Positions 8,469-18,530 of a stretch of DNA of 64,000 nt are shown piece after piece; position 1 is the stretch's first letter, and every line of letters starts with the position of its first letter. Where the stretch lies: NCBI GenBank assembly GCA_026004595.1, contig BPJL01000002.1, positions 1,431-65,430 of the forward strand. The letters run 5' to 3'. Both the position numbers and the translations under genes were made by a program. Under the pieces are notes generated by a model. It was not told where the DNA came from. It saw only the letters and a list, made by a program, of their open reading frames with translations, and did not search any database. The DNA comes from Patescibacteria group bacterium (GTDB lineage: Bacteria > Patescibacteriota > WWE3 > UBA101185 > UBA10185).

Positions 8469-11400
8469 AGCTTAAAAAAACGATAACAAGAATAGCAAAG
8501 CTCAAAATAAAAAAAGATACGCGTAAGAGAATTTATCTGAACATCGCAATACTGTCGATGTTACTAAACAGTTTTTATCCGTTCCTTGCTTCCTATCAGT
8601 ATGTGTATGCCGAAGACGAGAAAGCGGTTGTTGAGGAAACTTCTTCAAGTGAAGAAGACTCTGACAGCGCAGAGGAATCCAGCGCGCCGGAGGAGACGGC
8701 TTCAGAAGAAGCTGACACGACTGAAGAGCCAGCTCCAGCAACAGAAGAGACCGATCCCGTAGACACGACCGAGTCTACCGGTGAAGTGTTAGGAATCTCA
8801 ACAGAAGACCAGAATGCTACCGAAGGTACCGATAGTGCCGTGGGAACCGAAGGTATTGCCGAGACACAGCCCGTTGCTGATGAAGCTCAATTGCCGGATA
8901 TTTTGCCGGATGGGGTGAGTGATTCTAGACCGGTTGGGAGTGAGCCCGCGTCTGAAATTATTCCTGTTACTGATACTACCAATCAGGATTTAGATCAACT
9001 TTCAGTTTATAGGCTGTCACATGTCGCTGATGGATTAGGGTCATGTCCGATGACAGGAGCTATTTGGACGACGGATAGCAATTGTACGGTAACTAATCAA
9101 AATATTTACTTTAGCAAATCAGAAGTTTACTTAAATGGCGGACCAGCTGGGAACGGAGGAGGCCCCGGCCTTCCTGACGGGAATTACTATGTAAGGGTTA
9201 CAGATCCAAGTGGTAAAGCTATTCTTGGTGAAAGCAATGAGCCCTCGGTTACTGTATCCGGGGGGGTTTTCGGAGAGTGCTATAAGCTTCAGAATGTAGT
9301 AGGCTATGATAGTACTAGTGGGTTTAAAGATACAACTAATCCAGGTGGTGAGTATAAAGTGTGGGTTAGCCCGGACAAAAATTTTAAGGATTGTTCTAAA
9401 ACCGATAATTTCAAAGTTTTGGAAAAAGGGTTCTGTGGCGACGGCAACGTGAACGCCCAAAACGAACAGTGCGACGACGGAAATAGAGATAATAATGACT
9501 ACTGCAGCAATACATGTCAATTTAACTCCGTTTGTATTCCAGATGTAAATATGCTCGTTAATGGAGATTTTGAAACTCCGGAAGTAACTAGTCATTATAA
9601 ATGGGATATATTCAATATGTATTCGCCAATGTTAGGTTGGAATGTGGTATGGAACGGAGGAAGTGCTAGTTATAGCGGACAAACAAGGCCTGAACCTGCA
9701 TACCTTGAATTACACAGAGATGTAAACGGGTGGAGTTCAGCATCTGGTAGTCAGTACGCTGAACTAGACACCGATTGGGACGGTCCTGGGAATCCGTTGA
9801 ATAACGAGCCTGCAACGGTAGGAATCTCTCAGGAAATTCCTTTAATAGACGGATATAAGTACAAAGTCAAATTTTCATATTCTCCAAGACCGGGGACAGA
9901 TGCTTCGAACAATGTCATGGATTTCGCCTGGGATGGGACAACAGTCGATACCTATTCCGGCGCTGGTGGAGGCAACACCTCTTGGACACCGAAATCTTAT
10001 GAGTTCGTTGCGGGCAAGACCGCTATTACAAATGTAGCTTTTGTCGAAAAAGGCACAGCGGATTCACTTGGGATGTTCTTGGATAATGTTAGCGTTACCT
10101 GTTTGGGGCCTGAAATAATACCTAAATGTGGCGACGGGTTGTTGAACCAGACGACGGAGGAATGTGATGGAACTTCTGGTGTCACATTAGGCAAGAACTT
10201 CTGTACATACAATTGTAAACTGGTACCAATTTACGATGGCGCCCACACGTGTTCTGAGGGGAAATATCCGGTTGCTTATAGCGGGCCTTTCACAATATCT
10301 AGTACCGATGGTGATGGGATAACCATTCCTGTGGTAGGCGGGAAAGAATATCTGTTTAAAGTATCCGGCACTTTTGTTCCAACCGGAGCTTCTGGTTACA
10401 TCTCTGACGCGGGGTATACATTGATAAACGGAGTACTTGCAAATCAGTATGGGATAAAGGGAACACCCCCTGATTTAGGTACCCACGCTTTACTTGGAAA
10501 TTTTGGGGAGGGTGTGGGTATAGTTGATTGGGGTAACTACAACAGCGAGCATATTTATACCAAAGCCTATACATTTGATAATAATGATAATAATTACGAT
10601 ATTAACTTCTTGATAGGTGATAGATACGATAATTGGTTTAATACAGCTTGGAACAACCAGGATGGAATGAAGGATAATTCCGGGAATCTTTCCTTAACGG
10701 TTTACGAATGTGCCACCCCTGTTTGTGGAAACGGACAGCGCGAGTTTGGGGAAGAGTGCGACGGAACCGATGGAATCAAATCAGGAGAAAACTTCTGTAC
10801 ACCCACCTGCAAACTGATACCCCTTTATGATGGGGAACACATGTGTGCGCCAGGAACTACACCGGTAAAAGTTGGCGATACCTATGTCATAGATTCTAAA
10901 GATAGTGATGGGGTTACAGTACCTCTAATTGGTGGCCAGGAATATCTTTTCAAGGTTTCGGGAACATATAAATTCGGTGCCCCCAATGATAATCGAGTTG
11001 CTGATGCAGCTTATGGCTCAGAGAACTCTTGGACTTCGGTAAGAACCGATCTTGGCATTTGGGGGAGCTCGCTTCGTGGGGTACTTTCACTGCTAGGGAA
11101 TTTGGGAATGGGTATTGGTGTAATAGAGTGGGATAACGACTCAATATTTGATCAAGACCACGCGTATGAAAAGGTATTTACTCCAGCGAGTGATATGTCA
11201 GCCCAATTTTTAATTAGTGATTGGTATAGTAACTGGTACGAAAATACATGCAAGAACCAAAGCTGTATGAGCGACAACAAGGGCTCTCTGAGTTTAGAGG
11301 TGTATGAGTGTCAGCCCTCTTCGAATGTTACCGTCTGTAAGTACGATAGTAAAAATAAACCGCTTACGGGATGGAACGTTTCTCTTAAAGGTGATTTGGT

Positions 11401-13552
11401 GGGTACGTTGAATGTATTGCCTAATGGTTCTGACTATAACTCAGCCGGGTTGCCAGTTGGTGATTATGTCTTGGAGGCGAGCGGTTACTATACGTACAGA
11501 CCCGGAACTGCTGGTGCGGAGTATACAGATGCCAACTACTCAAAGAGACACCCTAGTGATCCTGTCTACGGGGGACCTTACATACCTTGGGTCAATGTAA
11601 ATTCTTTCCCGTCCCCACACACAGGTTGGTTAGGTGTGATGGTTAACGGGGCTCCTACAAACTGGAGTGATTATTATGCATCAGATCACAAATATTTGCT
11701 TGGATTTGAGAATTATAGTGGCCCCTTCTCCTTTAAGATATTGGACGATGTCTATACTGACAATAGCGGAAGTATAACAGTTAATATATATAAAGGTTAC
11801 GCTGGGGTTACCGGAGAAGATGGTTGTGTAACATTTAAGGATGTCCCATTAGGTGACTATAGACTAGATGAAACACTCAAAGATGGTTGGGTGAATTTGA
11901 ATGAAACGAGAGGGAAACGGGTCAGTGTTGATGGACAAGAAGATCGTTTTACCCTCGTAAATGAAGATTTAAGTGATGTGGGTTTAGATATTTCAAAGAC
12001 GAATCTTAACTGGCCTGATCAACTGCAGAGTGGAGATATAGTAACGTACCAGATAACTATAAGAGCAGTAGGAGGCCCGCTATTCGATGTATTTGTTGTT
12101 GACCTCCCGCCTACAGGATTTGTGCCCGGTAACTTTCAGACATCTGCAAGTATAGAAGGACTTCCAACTTATGCCTCGCCCGGTAAATGGCACATTGGTG
12201 ATATGGAAGAAGGAGATGAAATAGTTCTTACATACGATGCTGTGGTGGGTTCAGATGTTGATCCGGGTGTCTATCCTGATCTAGCGTGGGCTTATGGGAG
12301 TAACATAATTGGAGGTAAAATAATCGCAAATTCAAAAGAGAGTGGTTTTGCTGTTAATAATGGGATTGTAAACGAAACTTTTGTTGGTACGCAAGTCGAG
12401 GTGGTCAGGGAAAATGAGTCGCCAAAAGTTAAAACCGAAGTAGACGAAAAGACCGTTGAAGAAGGAGTACTTGGTGCTTCTACCGCAAGACTCCCTGCCA
12501 CCGGTCAAAATGTAGTAATACTAATTTCTGTCTTAGCGCTTATGCTTACAGGTACTCTAATAATGGCTCTGTCAAGGAAAAAGAAAATTCTGAAGATACT
12601 TCCGATACTTTTTCTTGCAGCAGCTCTATATGGTGGAATGGATAGCGTATTAGCAGCCAATCTTTCTGTACGAATTGAGGATCCAAAGTCTCCTGTTAAC
12701 AGCCCGTTCCAGGTAACATTTGTTGTACTCAATGCCGATCCTAACGAGGGCGATTTGCACTATCAGTGTTGGATAGATGGTCCCACAAGCGGCTGGGAAA
12801 AGTTGGGTAGTGAAGGTACCTTGCCTAACGAAGGAGGTACAGATGTCTGTGATGTTACAGAATCTGTGTTGACAAGCGACGGTTTATACAGCATTAAAGT
12901 TGTTGTTGAAGGGGTTGAGTCTGCTACGGTATCAACAACATACGACAACACCCCACCCAGCAAACCCAAATACATCGAAGTTGACAGAAAATCCGCCTGC
13001 AAATACGAAATAGAATTCAAAACAGCCAACGACGGCCAAACATCATACGTTGAAGTGTACATGTCAGATGATAAAGAATTCACAGCAGGCTCCGGAAGCA
13101 GGATAAGAACCATAACGATAGGCCCCGACCAAAAATACAAGTTTACCGAAGAAGTTGCTGGAGATAAATGCGCCCACAGACAATACTTTGCCGTTCGCGC
13201 CTTTGATTCCGCAGGCAACGGGTCAAAGGTTGAAGCCGAAGAAGTGACAGACATTGAATACAAGACAATATATAAAGAAGGGACCGAAGAAGTAACCCAA
13301 GAAGCCTACGCCGGAGGAGCGGCTTCATCTATTGGCGCAGGAGCGGGTGAAGAAGGCGCCGAAGTAGTTACGTCAGAAGAAGAAATGCCTAGCGAAGAAG
13401 GAAGCATTTTGGGTGAGCAGGCCCAAGCGGAAACCGGAGCCGAAAAAGGATTCTTTGGCAAACTCATCTCAAGCCCCTGGACATGGATAATACTAATCTT
13501 GGCGCTCGGAATAATAACGATAAATGGAATCAGAAAGAGCAAGAAAGAATAA
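8465..13552 (+). CDS. Giant secreted cell-surface protein (1695 aa as read). Signal peptide, acidic S/T/E/D-rich linker, three CGDG/CGNG...ECDDGN cysteine-rich repeats (Myxococcus-type), two ~245-aa tandem modules, DUF11/CARDB-like region, and an LPATG sorting signal at residues ~1343-1376. An extra ~320-aa C-terminal module with its own hydrophobic leader and C-terminal TM may be a separate gene
   Basis: Single long ORF. Signal peptide MKLKK...YVYA. Repeated CxDGxxNxxxEQCDDGN motifs at ~9430, ~10130 and ~10730. LPATG at 12491-12505, then hydrophobic stretch and SRKKK. A 1-nt change in the A5/A4 tract at 12578-12587 would end the protein as ...SRKRKF*. Confidence 0.7.
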   Translation: MKLKKTITRIAKLKIKKDTRKRIYLNIAILSMLLNSFYPFLASYQYVYAEDEKAVVEETSSSEEDSDSAEESSAPEETASEEADTTEEPAPATEETDPVDTTESTGEVLGISTEDQNATEGTDSAVGTEGIAETQPVADEAQLPDILPDGVSDSRPVGSEPASEIIPVTDTTNQDLDQLSVYRLSHVADGLGSCPMTGAIWTTDSNCTVTNQNIYFSKSEVYLNGGPAGNGGGPGLPDGNYYVRVTDPSGKAILGESNEPSVTVSGGVFGECYKLQNVVGYDSTSGFKDTTNPGGEYKVWVSPDKNFKDCSKTDNFKVLEKGFCGDGNVNAQNEQCDDGNRDNNDYCSNTCQFNSVCIPDVNMLVNGDFETPEVTSHYKWDIFNMYSPMLGWNVVWNGGSASYSGQTRPEPAYLELHRDVNGWSSASGSQYAELDTDWDGPGNPLNNEPATVGISQEIPLIDGYKYKVKFSYSPRPGTDASNNVMDFAWDGTTVDTYSGAGGGNTSWTPKSYEFVAGKTAITNVAFVEKGTADSLGMFLDNVSVTCLGPEIIPKCGDGLLNQTTEECDGTSGVTLGKNFCTYNCKLVPIYDGAHTCSEGKYPVAYSGPFTISSTDGDGITIPVVGGKEYLFKVSGTFVPTGASGYISDAGYTLINGVLANQYGIKGTPPDLGTHALLGNFGEGVGIVDWGNYNSEHIYTKAYTFDNNDNNYDINFLIGDRYDNWFNTAWNNQDGMKDNSGNLSLTVYECATPVCGNGQREFGEECDGTDGIKSGENFCTPTCKLIPLYDGEHMCAPGTTPVKVGDTYVIDSKDSDGVTVPLIGGQEYLFKVSGTYKFGAPNDNRVADAAYGSENSWTSVRTDLGIWGSSLRGVLSLLGNLGMGIGVIEWDNDSIFDQDHAYEKVFTPASDMSAQFLISDWYSNWYENTCKNQSCMSDNKGSLSLEVYECQPSSNVTVCKYDSKNKPLTGWNVSLKGDLVGTLNVLPNGSDYNSAGLPVGDYVLEASGYYTYRPGTAGAEYTDANYSKRHPSDPVYGGPYIPWVNVNSFPSPHTGWLGVMVNGAPTNWSDYYASDHKYLLGFENYSGPFSFKILDDVYTDNSGSITVNIYKGYAGVTGEDGCVTFKDVPLGDYRLDETLKDGWVNLNETRGKRVSVDGQEDRFTLVNEDLSDVGLDISKTNLNWPDQLQSGDIVTYQITIRAVGGPLFDVFVVDLPPTGFVPGNFQTSASIEGLPTYASPGKWHIGDMEEGDEIVLTYDAVVGSDVDPGVYPDLAWAYGSNIIGGKIIANSKESGFAVNNGIVNETFVGTQVEVVRENESPKVKTEVDEKTVEEGVLGASTARLPATGQNVVILISVLALMLTGTLIMALSRKKKILKILPILFLAAALYGGMDSVLAANLSVRIEDPKSPVNSPFQVTFVVLNADPNEGDLHYQCWIDGPTSGWEKLGSEGTLPNEGGTDVCDVTESVLTSDGLYSIKVVVEGVESATVSTTYDNTPPSKPKYIEVDRKSACKYEIEFKTANDGQTSYVEVYMSDDKEFTAGSGSRIRTITIGPDQKYKFTEEVAGDKCAHRQYFAVRAFDSAGNGSKVEAEEVTDIEYKTIYKEGTEEVTQEAYAGGAASSIGAGAGEEGAEVVTSEEEMPSEEGSILGEQAQAETGAEKGFFGKLISSPWTWIILILALGIITINGIRKSKKE

Positions 13553-14207
13553 CAAAAAGAAGAAAACCCAAGCCCAACGAGGCCCAGTCCTTTACAGACT
13601 GGGTCTTGCTTTTGTTGCCCTATCTTTCGCGGCCCTGGTGATAATTCTTTATCCCGCAATCTCAAACGAACTTAAATACCGCTTTAACCCGCCCAAAGCC
13701 GACGCCGAAGTTTTCATTACTCCTAATTCGCACACTGAAAAGCATTACATAGTTGCCGCCGACCCCTATTTAAGCATTGTGATACCCAAAATCGGAGCCA
13801 ACGCTAAGATAATAAAAGATGTTAATCCTCAAGACAGCAAATCTTACCAAAAAGCCCTTACTCAAGGGGTAGCCCACGCCCTAGGCACGGCTCTTCCCGG
13901 CCAAACAGGAAACGTTTTTCTTTTTGCCCACTCTTCCGACAACATAATAAACGCAAACAGATATAATTCGGTGTTTTACCTTTTGAATAAAATGGAAAAA
14001 GGCGATAAAGTTTATCTCATTTTCAACCGCAGAAAATTCACCTATACGGTTACCGATACGAGAATTGTATCTGCCGAAGACGTTTCATATATGCAACCCC
14101 AATCAGAAACGCCAAAAGTTACCTTGATGACATGCTGGCCCGCGGGTACGACTCTAAAACGCTTAATCGTAGTGGCAGAAATATTACCAGAACAACCTAA
14201 ACTCTAA
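13524..14207 (+). CDS. srt: Sortase (transpeptidase), membrane-anchored
   Basis: N-terminal TM. Catalytic signatures LFAHSS (His), LMTCWP (TLxTC Cys) and KRLIV (Arg). Overlaps the end of the LPATG protein gene by 29 nt. Confidence 0.8.
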   Translation: MESERARKNNKKKKTQAQRGPVLYRLGLAFVALSFAALVIILYPAISNELKYRFNPPKADAEVFITPNSHTEKHYIVAADPYLSIVIPKIGANAKIIKDVNPQDSKSYQKALTQGVAHALGTALPGQTGNVFLFAHSSDNIINANRYNSVFYLLNKMEKGDKVYLIFNRRKFTYTVTDTRIVSAEDVSYMQPQSETPKVTLMTCWPAGTTLKRLIVVAEILPEQPKL

Positions 14208-14221
14208 AATCTAGACAAATA

Positions 14222-15535
14222 ATGTACTCAATATATAATCTGTCTATGCAATTAACAGATTTTGAATCTCCTCAAGCGCAATCAGGACAAGACCATGGTG
14301 AACCGACGGCTATAAGAGGGCGTCCTATAAGAATGCCTAAGACGGCGCAGACCCCGCAGATAAATGATTCGATCGGCAGTACATCTTCTGACGGTTTAAA
14401 TAATATGACTACATCTAAGAAAAAGAAAAAATTCGGCTTTTTCCTCTCCATATTTCTAGGTTTTATTATTGCAGCAGCCATAGGCGGAGTTTATTGGTAC
14501 ATAAAAAGTAATGAAGGCCCTCTAACCCCTGTCACCCCTGTTGGTAAAGGAGAAACAAAACCACAAGTGACACAAATAATGAACCCCCTGACTGGAAAAA
14601 TGTTTGCAGAAAATGCCGCAAACTGGGTTGATGATAGACCTTTTGGTGTAATGATGAATAACCATGTTGATGCCAGGCCGCAGTCAGGCCTGATCTACGC
14701 CGATATTGTGTATGAAGTGGTTGCAGAGGGCGGAATAACAAGATTTTTAACTTTCTACTACTCCAACACACCGGAAATAATAGGACCGGTGCGCAGCACT
14801 CGAGAATACTACCTTGTTTTGGTCAAAGAGCTAGGAGACGCGATGATAATGCATGACGGCTACTCGCCGCAGGCCTTATATGCCATAGACAACTGGCCTG
14901 TAAGAAGCCTTTTTAGGGGTGGAGCTACACTGCCTTCCGTTTGCGATGGGTGTGTTTGGAGAGATCAATCAAGAAATGTAGCTTACGAGCATACCGAATA
15001 CACAAACGGAGTAAAACTTAGAGAACTCGGAGATAGATTGGGTTGGCAAGGCAAAACCACAGTCAGGCCTTGGCTTTTCAAGGACGACCCAAACAAATAT
15101 GTCTCCGCACCCGAAGCTAAAGAAATCACCATAGATTACTGGTACCACGGAGATTACACAGGTCACTTTAAGTATGATCCGGTGTCAAACAAATATTTAA
15201 GATACACCGGAGTTGACGCCCAAGACCAACCAATTCCACACCTAGATCGGGAAACCCAAGAACAAGTTGCAGTTACCAACCTGATAGTTCAGTTTGCAGT
15301 AGAGTCAACCATTCCCGATGATGATAAAAGCCGCCTTAAGTACGAACTTCTAGGGAGCGGGAAGGCTATAGTGTTTGTGGATGGAAAAGTAATTGACGCT
15401 ACCTGGTCAAAAGCCGACAGAGATGATCGCACGATTTTCTACGATACTTCCGGTAAAGAGATAGAATTCAACAGAGGAAACTTTTGGATCGGCATTGTGC
15501 CTGACCGCAATGTTGATCAGGTAGTGTATAAGTAA
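14222..15535 (+). CDS. DUF3048-family membrane-anchored protein (YerB-like)
   Basis: N-terminal TM (FGFFLSIFLGFIIAAAIGGVYWYI). DUF3048-like core ADIVYEVVAEGGITRFLTFY. Confidence 0.65.
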   Translation: MYSIYNLSMQLTDFESPQAQSGQDHGEPTAIRGRPIRMPKTAQTPQINDSIGSTSSDGLNNMTTSKKKKKFGFFLSIFLGFIIAAAIGGVYWYIKSNEGPLTPVTPVGKGETKPQVTQIMNPLTGKMFAENAANWVDDRPFGVMMNNHVDARPQSGLIYADIVYEVVAEGGITRFLTFYYSNTPEIIGPVRSTREYYLVLVKELGDAMIMHDGYSPQALYAIDNWPVRSLFRGGATLPSVCDGCVWRDQSRNVAYEHTEYTNGVKLRELGDRLGWQGKTTVRPWLFKDDPNKYVSAPEAKEITIDYWYHGDYTGHFKYDPVSNKYLRYTGVDAQDQPIPHLDRETQEQVAVTNLIVQFAVESTIPDDDKSRLKYELLGSGKAIVFVDGKVIDATWSKADRDDRTIFYDTSGKEIEFNRGNFWIGIVPDRNVDQVVYK

Positions 15536-15637
15536 TGCTGCCCGGTTGGCCGGCCAAAGGCCTCTTTCTTTGCAGGAAGAGAGTAGTTTGTTAACGGGGC
15601 TGGAGACCCGGTTTTCTGCTCAGAAAAGGTCAAAAAT

Positions 15638-16234
15638 ATGTTAAAAAATATATTTGTGTCCGAAGTCAGGGTTAAAATCCTTAAGCTTCTTTTGCTTAAT
15701 CCCACTAAGTCGTTCCACGTTCGCGCCATTGTGCGGGCGGTAAAAGCTGAAATCAACGCTGTAAGAAGAGAGCTGGATAATCTTGTTTCCATAAATCTTC
15801 TTTCAAAAAGGCAGAGTTCAAACAAAATTTTCTATACCGTCAATGTCCTTCACCCGTATTTTCCTGATCTGGTTTCGCTTTTTGCCAAAGACGAAGGTGT
15901 GGGAGCCGAAATCATAAAGAGACAAAAAAAGCTCGGAAACATAAAATACGCTGTTTTATCACGCGCTTATCTTAGAGGCCGTCAATCCACGGCTTTAGAT
16001 GTTGATCTTTTTATAGTGGGGACGGTTGATGAATCGGAGCTTGATAAGTTGATTAAAGAAGCCGAGGCAACCACAGGACGCGAGATAAACTACACTGTAA
16101 TGGACGAAGAAGAATTTAATTACAGAAAAAGGACCTACGACCAATTTGTGATGAAAGTGCTTTCCCAAAGCCGCGCCATGCTGATAGGTGATGAAGAAGA
16201 ATTTTCATCAGTGATTGCCACCCTGCCGTCGTAA
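15638..16234 (+). CDS. Putative winged-helix DNA-binding protein with a C-terminal nucleotidyltransferase-like domain
   Basis: N-terminal wHTH-like segment (VRVKILKLLLLNPTKSFHVRAIVRAV); C-terminal region with LDVDLFIVG. No precise family assignment possible. Confidence 0.45.
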   Translation: MLKNIFVSEVRVKILKLLLLNPTKSFHVRAIVRAVKAEINAVRRELDNLVSINLLSKRQSSNKIFYTVNVLHPYFPDLVSLFAKDEGVGAEIIKRQKKLGNIKYAVLSRAYLRGRQSTALDVDLFIVGTVDESELDKLIKEAEATTGREINYTVMDEEEFNYRKRTYDQFVMKVLSQSRAMLIGDEEEFSSVIATLPS

Positions 16235-16252
16235 CAGATATAATCTCAAGGT

Positions 16253-17635
16253 ATGTTTAAGGATATTCGCATCCGTTTGGCATTAATTGGAACGCTTACT
16301 CTACTTTCATTGTTGATTGTGTTGCCCAAAATCCCTGTAAAAATGGATAACGCCTTCGCTCGGTTTGAGACAACCGTTGGGGGATACAATATCAGTTTAT
16401 TTAATGGCAAGTTCAAAAAGGATCTTAGCTCATTTAGAAAAGGTTTGGATTTAAGCGGTGGAATAAGAATAGTTCTTGAAGCAGATGTTTCAAAAATTGA
16501 ATCGGGCGACAAAGACGCCGCCCTTGAATCAGCAAAAGAAGTTATTTCACGTAGGGTTAATCTTTTGGGAGTTACCGAACCTTATGTAGCCACAACCAAA
16601 AGCGGAGACCAATACCGAATACTAGTTGAAATTCCCGGTCTGGATAATGTTACCGAAGCCGTCAAACTGATCGGCCAGACAGCCCAGTTAATCTTTATGG
16701 AAGTAAAGCCTGGTGTTGAATGGAGCCAAGACAAGATGTATGACTTTTATACCAACCTTGGTATGTGGCAGGATACAGAGGTAACCGGAGCTGACCTGAA
16801 AGGAGCAGATGTAGTAGTCAATCAGCAAACAAACATACAAAATCAAGGACCTCAAATCCGCCTAAAATTTACAAACGAAGGACGGGAAAAATTTTCGGAG
16901 CTGGCTAAAAGAAATGTGGGAAAACCTATCGGCCTGTTCTTAGATGACAGCCCGTATCCTTTATCTATGCCGATCGTGAGCGAAGACTTGGCCGGAGGCC
17001 TTACTGACGACCCCGTGATCAGCGGAAATTTTGATTTTGAAAGCGCTAAAAATTTGAGCATCCAAATCAGGGCGGGAGCTCTGCCCGTGCCTGTTAGAGT
17101 TTTGGAGCAGGAAACAATCGGCGCGACCTTGGGAACTGAATCGGTCCAAAAAAGTTTCTTTGCGGCGGGAGTCGGTCTTTTACTTGTCGTTGCATTCTTA
17201 ATTTTCAAATACGGAAAACTTGGTTTGTTTGCTGGAGGGGCTTTGTTTATTTATTCACTTCTTACGCTCGCCATATTTAAGATAGTTCCCGTCGTTTTAA
17301 CCCTCCCCGGTATTGCAGGTTTTATACTATCAATAGGAATGGCCACAGACGCCAACATACTTGTATTTGAAAGAGTAAAAGAAGAATTATTTTGGGGAAA
17401 GCCGAGCGATCTTGCTATTCATTTAGGTTTTGATAGAGCTTGGAATTCTATCAAAGACTCAAACATTTCTTCTCTCATCACTTCCTTTATTTTGTTCCAA
17501 TTTGGATCGGGCCCTGTAAAGGGGTTTGCCCTTACTCTGGCGATAGGAATTGCAGTGTCTCTGTTTACCTCAATATTTGTGGTGCGCACATTTATAGAAT
17601 GGTCACATGTGGGGAGGATAAAGAAAAATGGATAA
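16253..17635 (+). CDS. secD: Protein translocase subunit SecD
   Basis: 460 aa. Periplasmic domain plus C-terminal 6-TM block. Followed by secF with a 8-nt overlap. TATAAT at 16239-16244, 8 nt upstream of the ATG. Confidence 0.9.
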   Translation: MFKDIRIRLALIGTLTLLSLLIVLPKIPVKMDNAFARFETTVGGYNISLFNGKFKKDLSSFRKGLDLSGGIRIVLEADVSKIESGDKDAALESAKEVISRRVNLLGVTEPYVATTKSGDQYRILVEIPGLDNVTEAVKLIGQTAQLIFMEVKPGVEWSQDKMYDFYTNLGMWQDTEVTGADLKGADVVVNQQTNIQNQGPQIRLKFTNEGREKFSELAKRNVGKPIGLFLDDSPYPLSMPIVSEDLAGGLTDDPVISGNFDFESAKNLSIQIRAGALPVPVRVLEQETIGATLGTESVQKSFFAAGVGLLLVVAFLIFKYGKLGLFAGGALFIYSLLTLAIFKIVPVVLTLPGIAGFILSIGMATDANILVFERVKEELFWGKPSDLAIHLGFDRAWNSIKDSNISSLITSFILFQFGSGPVKGFALTLAIGIAVSLFTSIFVVRTFIEWSHVGRIKKNG

Positions 17636-18530
17636 ATTGATGAAATACAAAATTTGGTACCTTGTTTTCTCCGCTGCGGTTTTGCTCCCCGGCATCATTG
17701 CCCTTTTCATGTTTGGTCTTAACATGTCAATTGATTTTACGGGAGGGTCAGTTTTTAGATACCAATTTGAGTCTGATGTAAATACTGAAGAACTCGCAAA
17801 GATTTATTCTGAAAAAGGCATTGAGGTGGAGGCAGTCGTGCCCGAAAGCGGAACAAAATACAGCATCCGCACAAAGCCGGTGGAAGCCCAGAGAAATGAT
17901 GAAATAAAAGAGGCAGTAAGCGCAGTGTTTCCAAACGCGTCCCAGCTCTCTTTTGAAACGGTAGGGCCTTCAATTGGAGCTGAAACAACCCGAAGCGCTT
18001 TTATAGCTTTGGGGTGGGCGATGATAGGAATTACTTTATATATAGCTTTTGCATTTAGAAATGTTCCCAAGCCGTATTCAAGTTTTAGATTTGGAGTGAG
18101 CGCGGTGGTTTCCATGATTCATGACGCATTTGTATTGATAGGTCTTTTTGCAATTCTTGGGCACTTTTTCAAAGTAGAAGTTGACGGGTTATTTATTACA
18201 GCTGTTCTTACCGTTTTGGGATTTTCTGTGCATGACACCATAGTAGTTTTTGACAGGATAAGAGAAAATTTGGGAAAGCTTCCTAGGTCAATGAGTTTTG
18301 AAGATGTTGCCAACTACTCTTTGGCAGAAACTTTGAGCCGATCGGTGGCGACTTCTCTCACAGTCATTTTTACTTTAACGGCATTATATGTTTTAGGCGG
18401 GGAGACCATAAAAATGTTTGTGCTGGCAATGCTGGTGGGTATAATTTCCGGAACTTATTCCTCAATATTTACTGCCACTCCGGTGCTGGTACTCTGGGAA
18501 AACGCCGCCTCAAAGAAAAAATATAAATGA
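17628..18530 (+). CDS. secF: Protein translocase subunit SecF
   Basis: 300 aa; SecF-type TM topology immediately after secD. Confidence 0.9.
   Translation: MDKLMKYKIWYLVFSAAVLLPGIIALFMFGLNMSIDFTGGSVFRYQFESDVNTEELAKIYSEKGIEVEAVVPESGTKYSIRTKPVEAQRNDEIKEAVSAVFPNASQLSFETVGPSIGAETTRSAFIALGWAMIGITLYIAFAFRNVPKPYSSFRFGVSAVVSMIHDAFVLIGLFAILGHFFKVEVDGLFITAVLTVLGFSVHDTIVVFDRIRENLGKLPRSMSFEDVANYSLAETLSRSVATSLTVIFTLTALYVLGGETIKMFVLAMLVGIISGTYSSIFTATPVLVLWENAASKKKYK

Noticed and set aside
9131-9595. Minus-strand ORFs embedded in the giant gene (9131-9595, 9997-10212, 12763-13263) and elsewhere opposite long genes (e.g. 3080-3370, 16852-17208, 42211-42756, 51547-51930)
   Set aside because: They lie antisense to well-supported CDSs, have low-complexity or odd composition and no start context. 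Treated as spurious shadow ORFs.
8465-13552. Diversity-generating retroelement target or CRISPR-like repeats near the giant surface protein
   Set aside because: No reverse transcriptase, no near-identical template/variable repeat pair and no short direct-repeat array were seen. The internal repeats are diverged protein-level module duplications.
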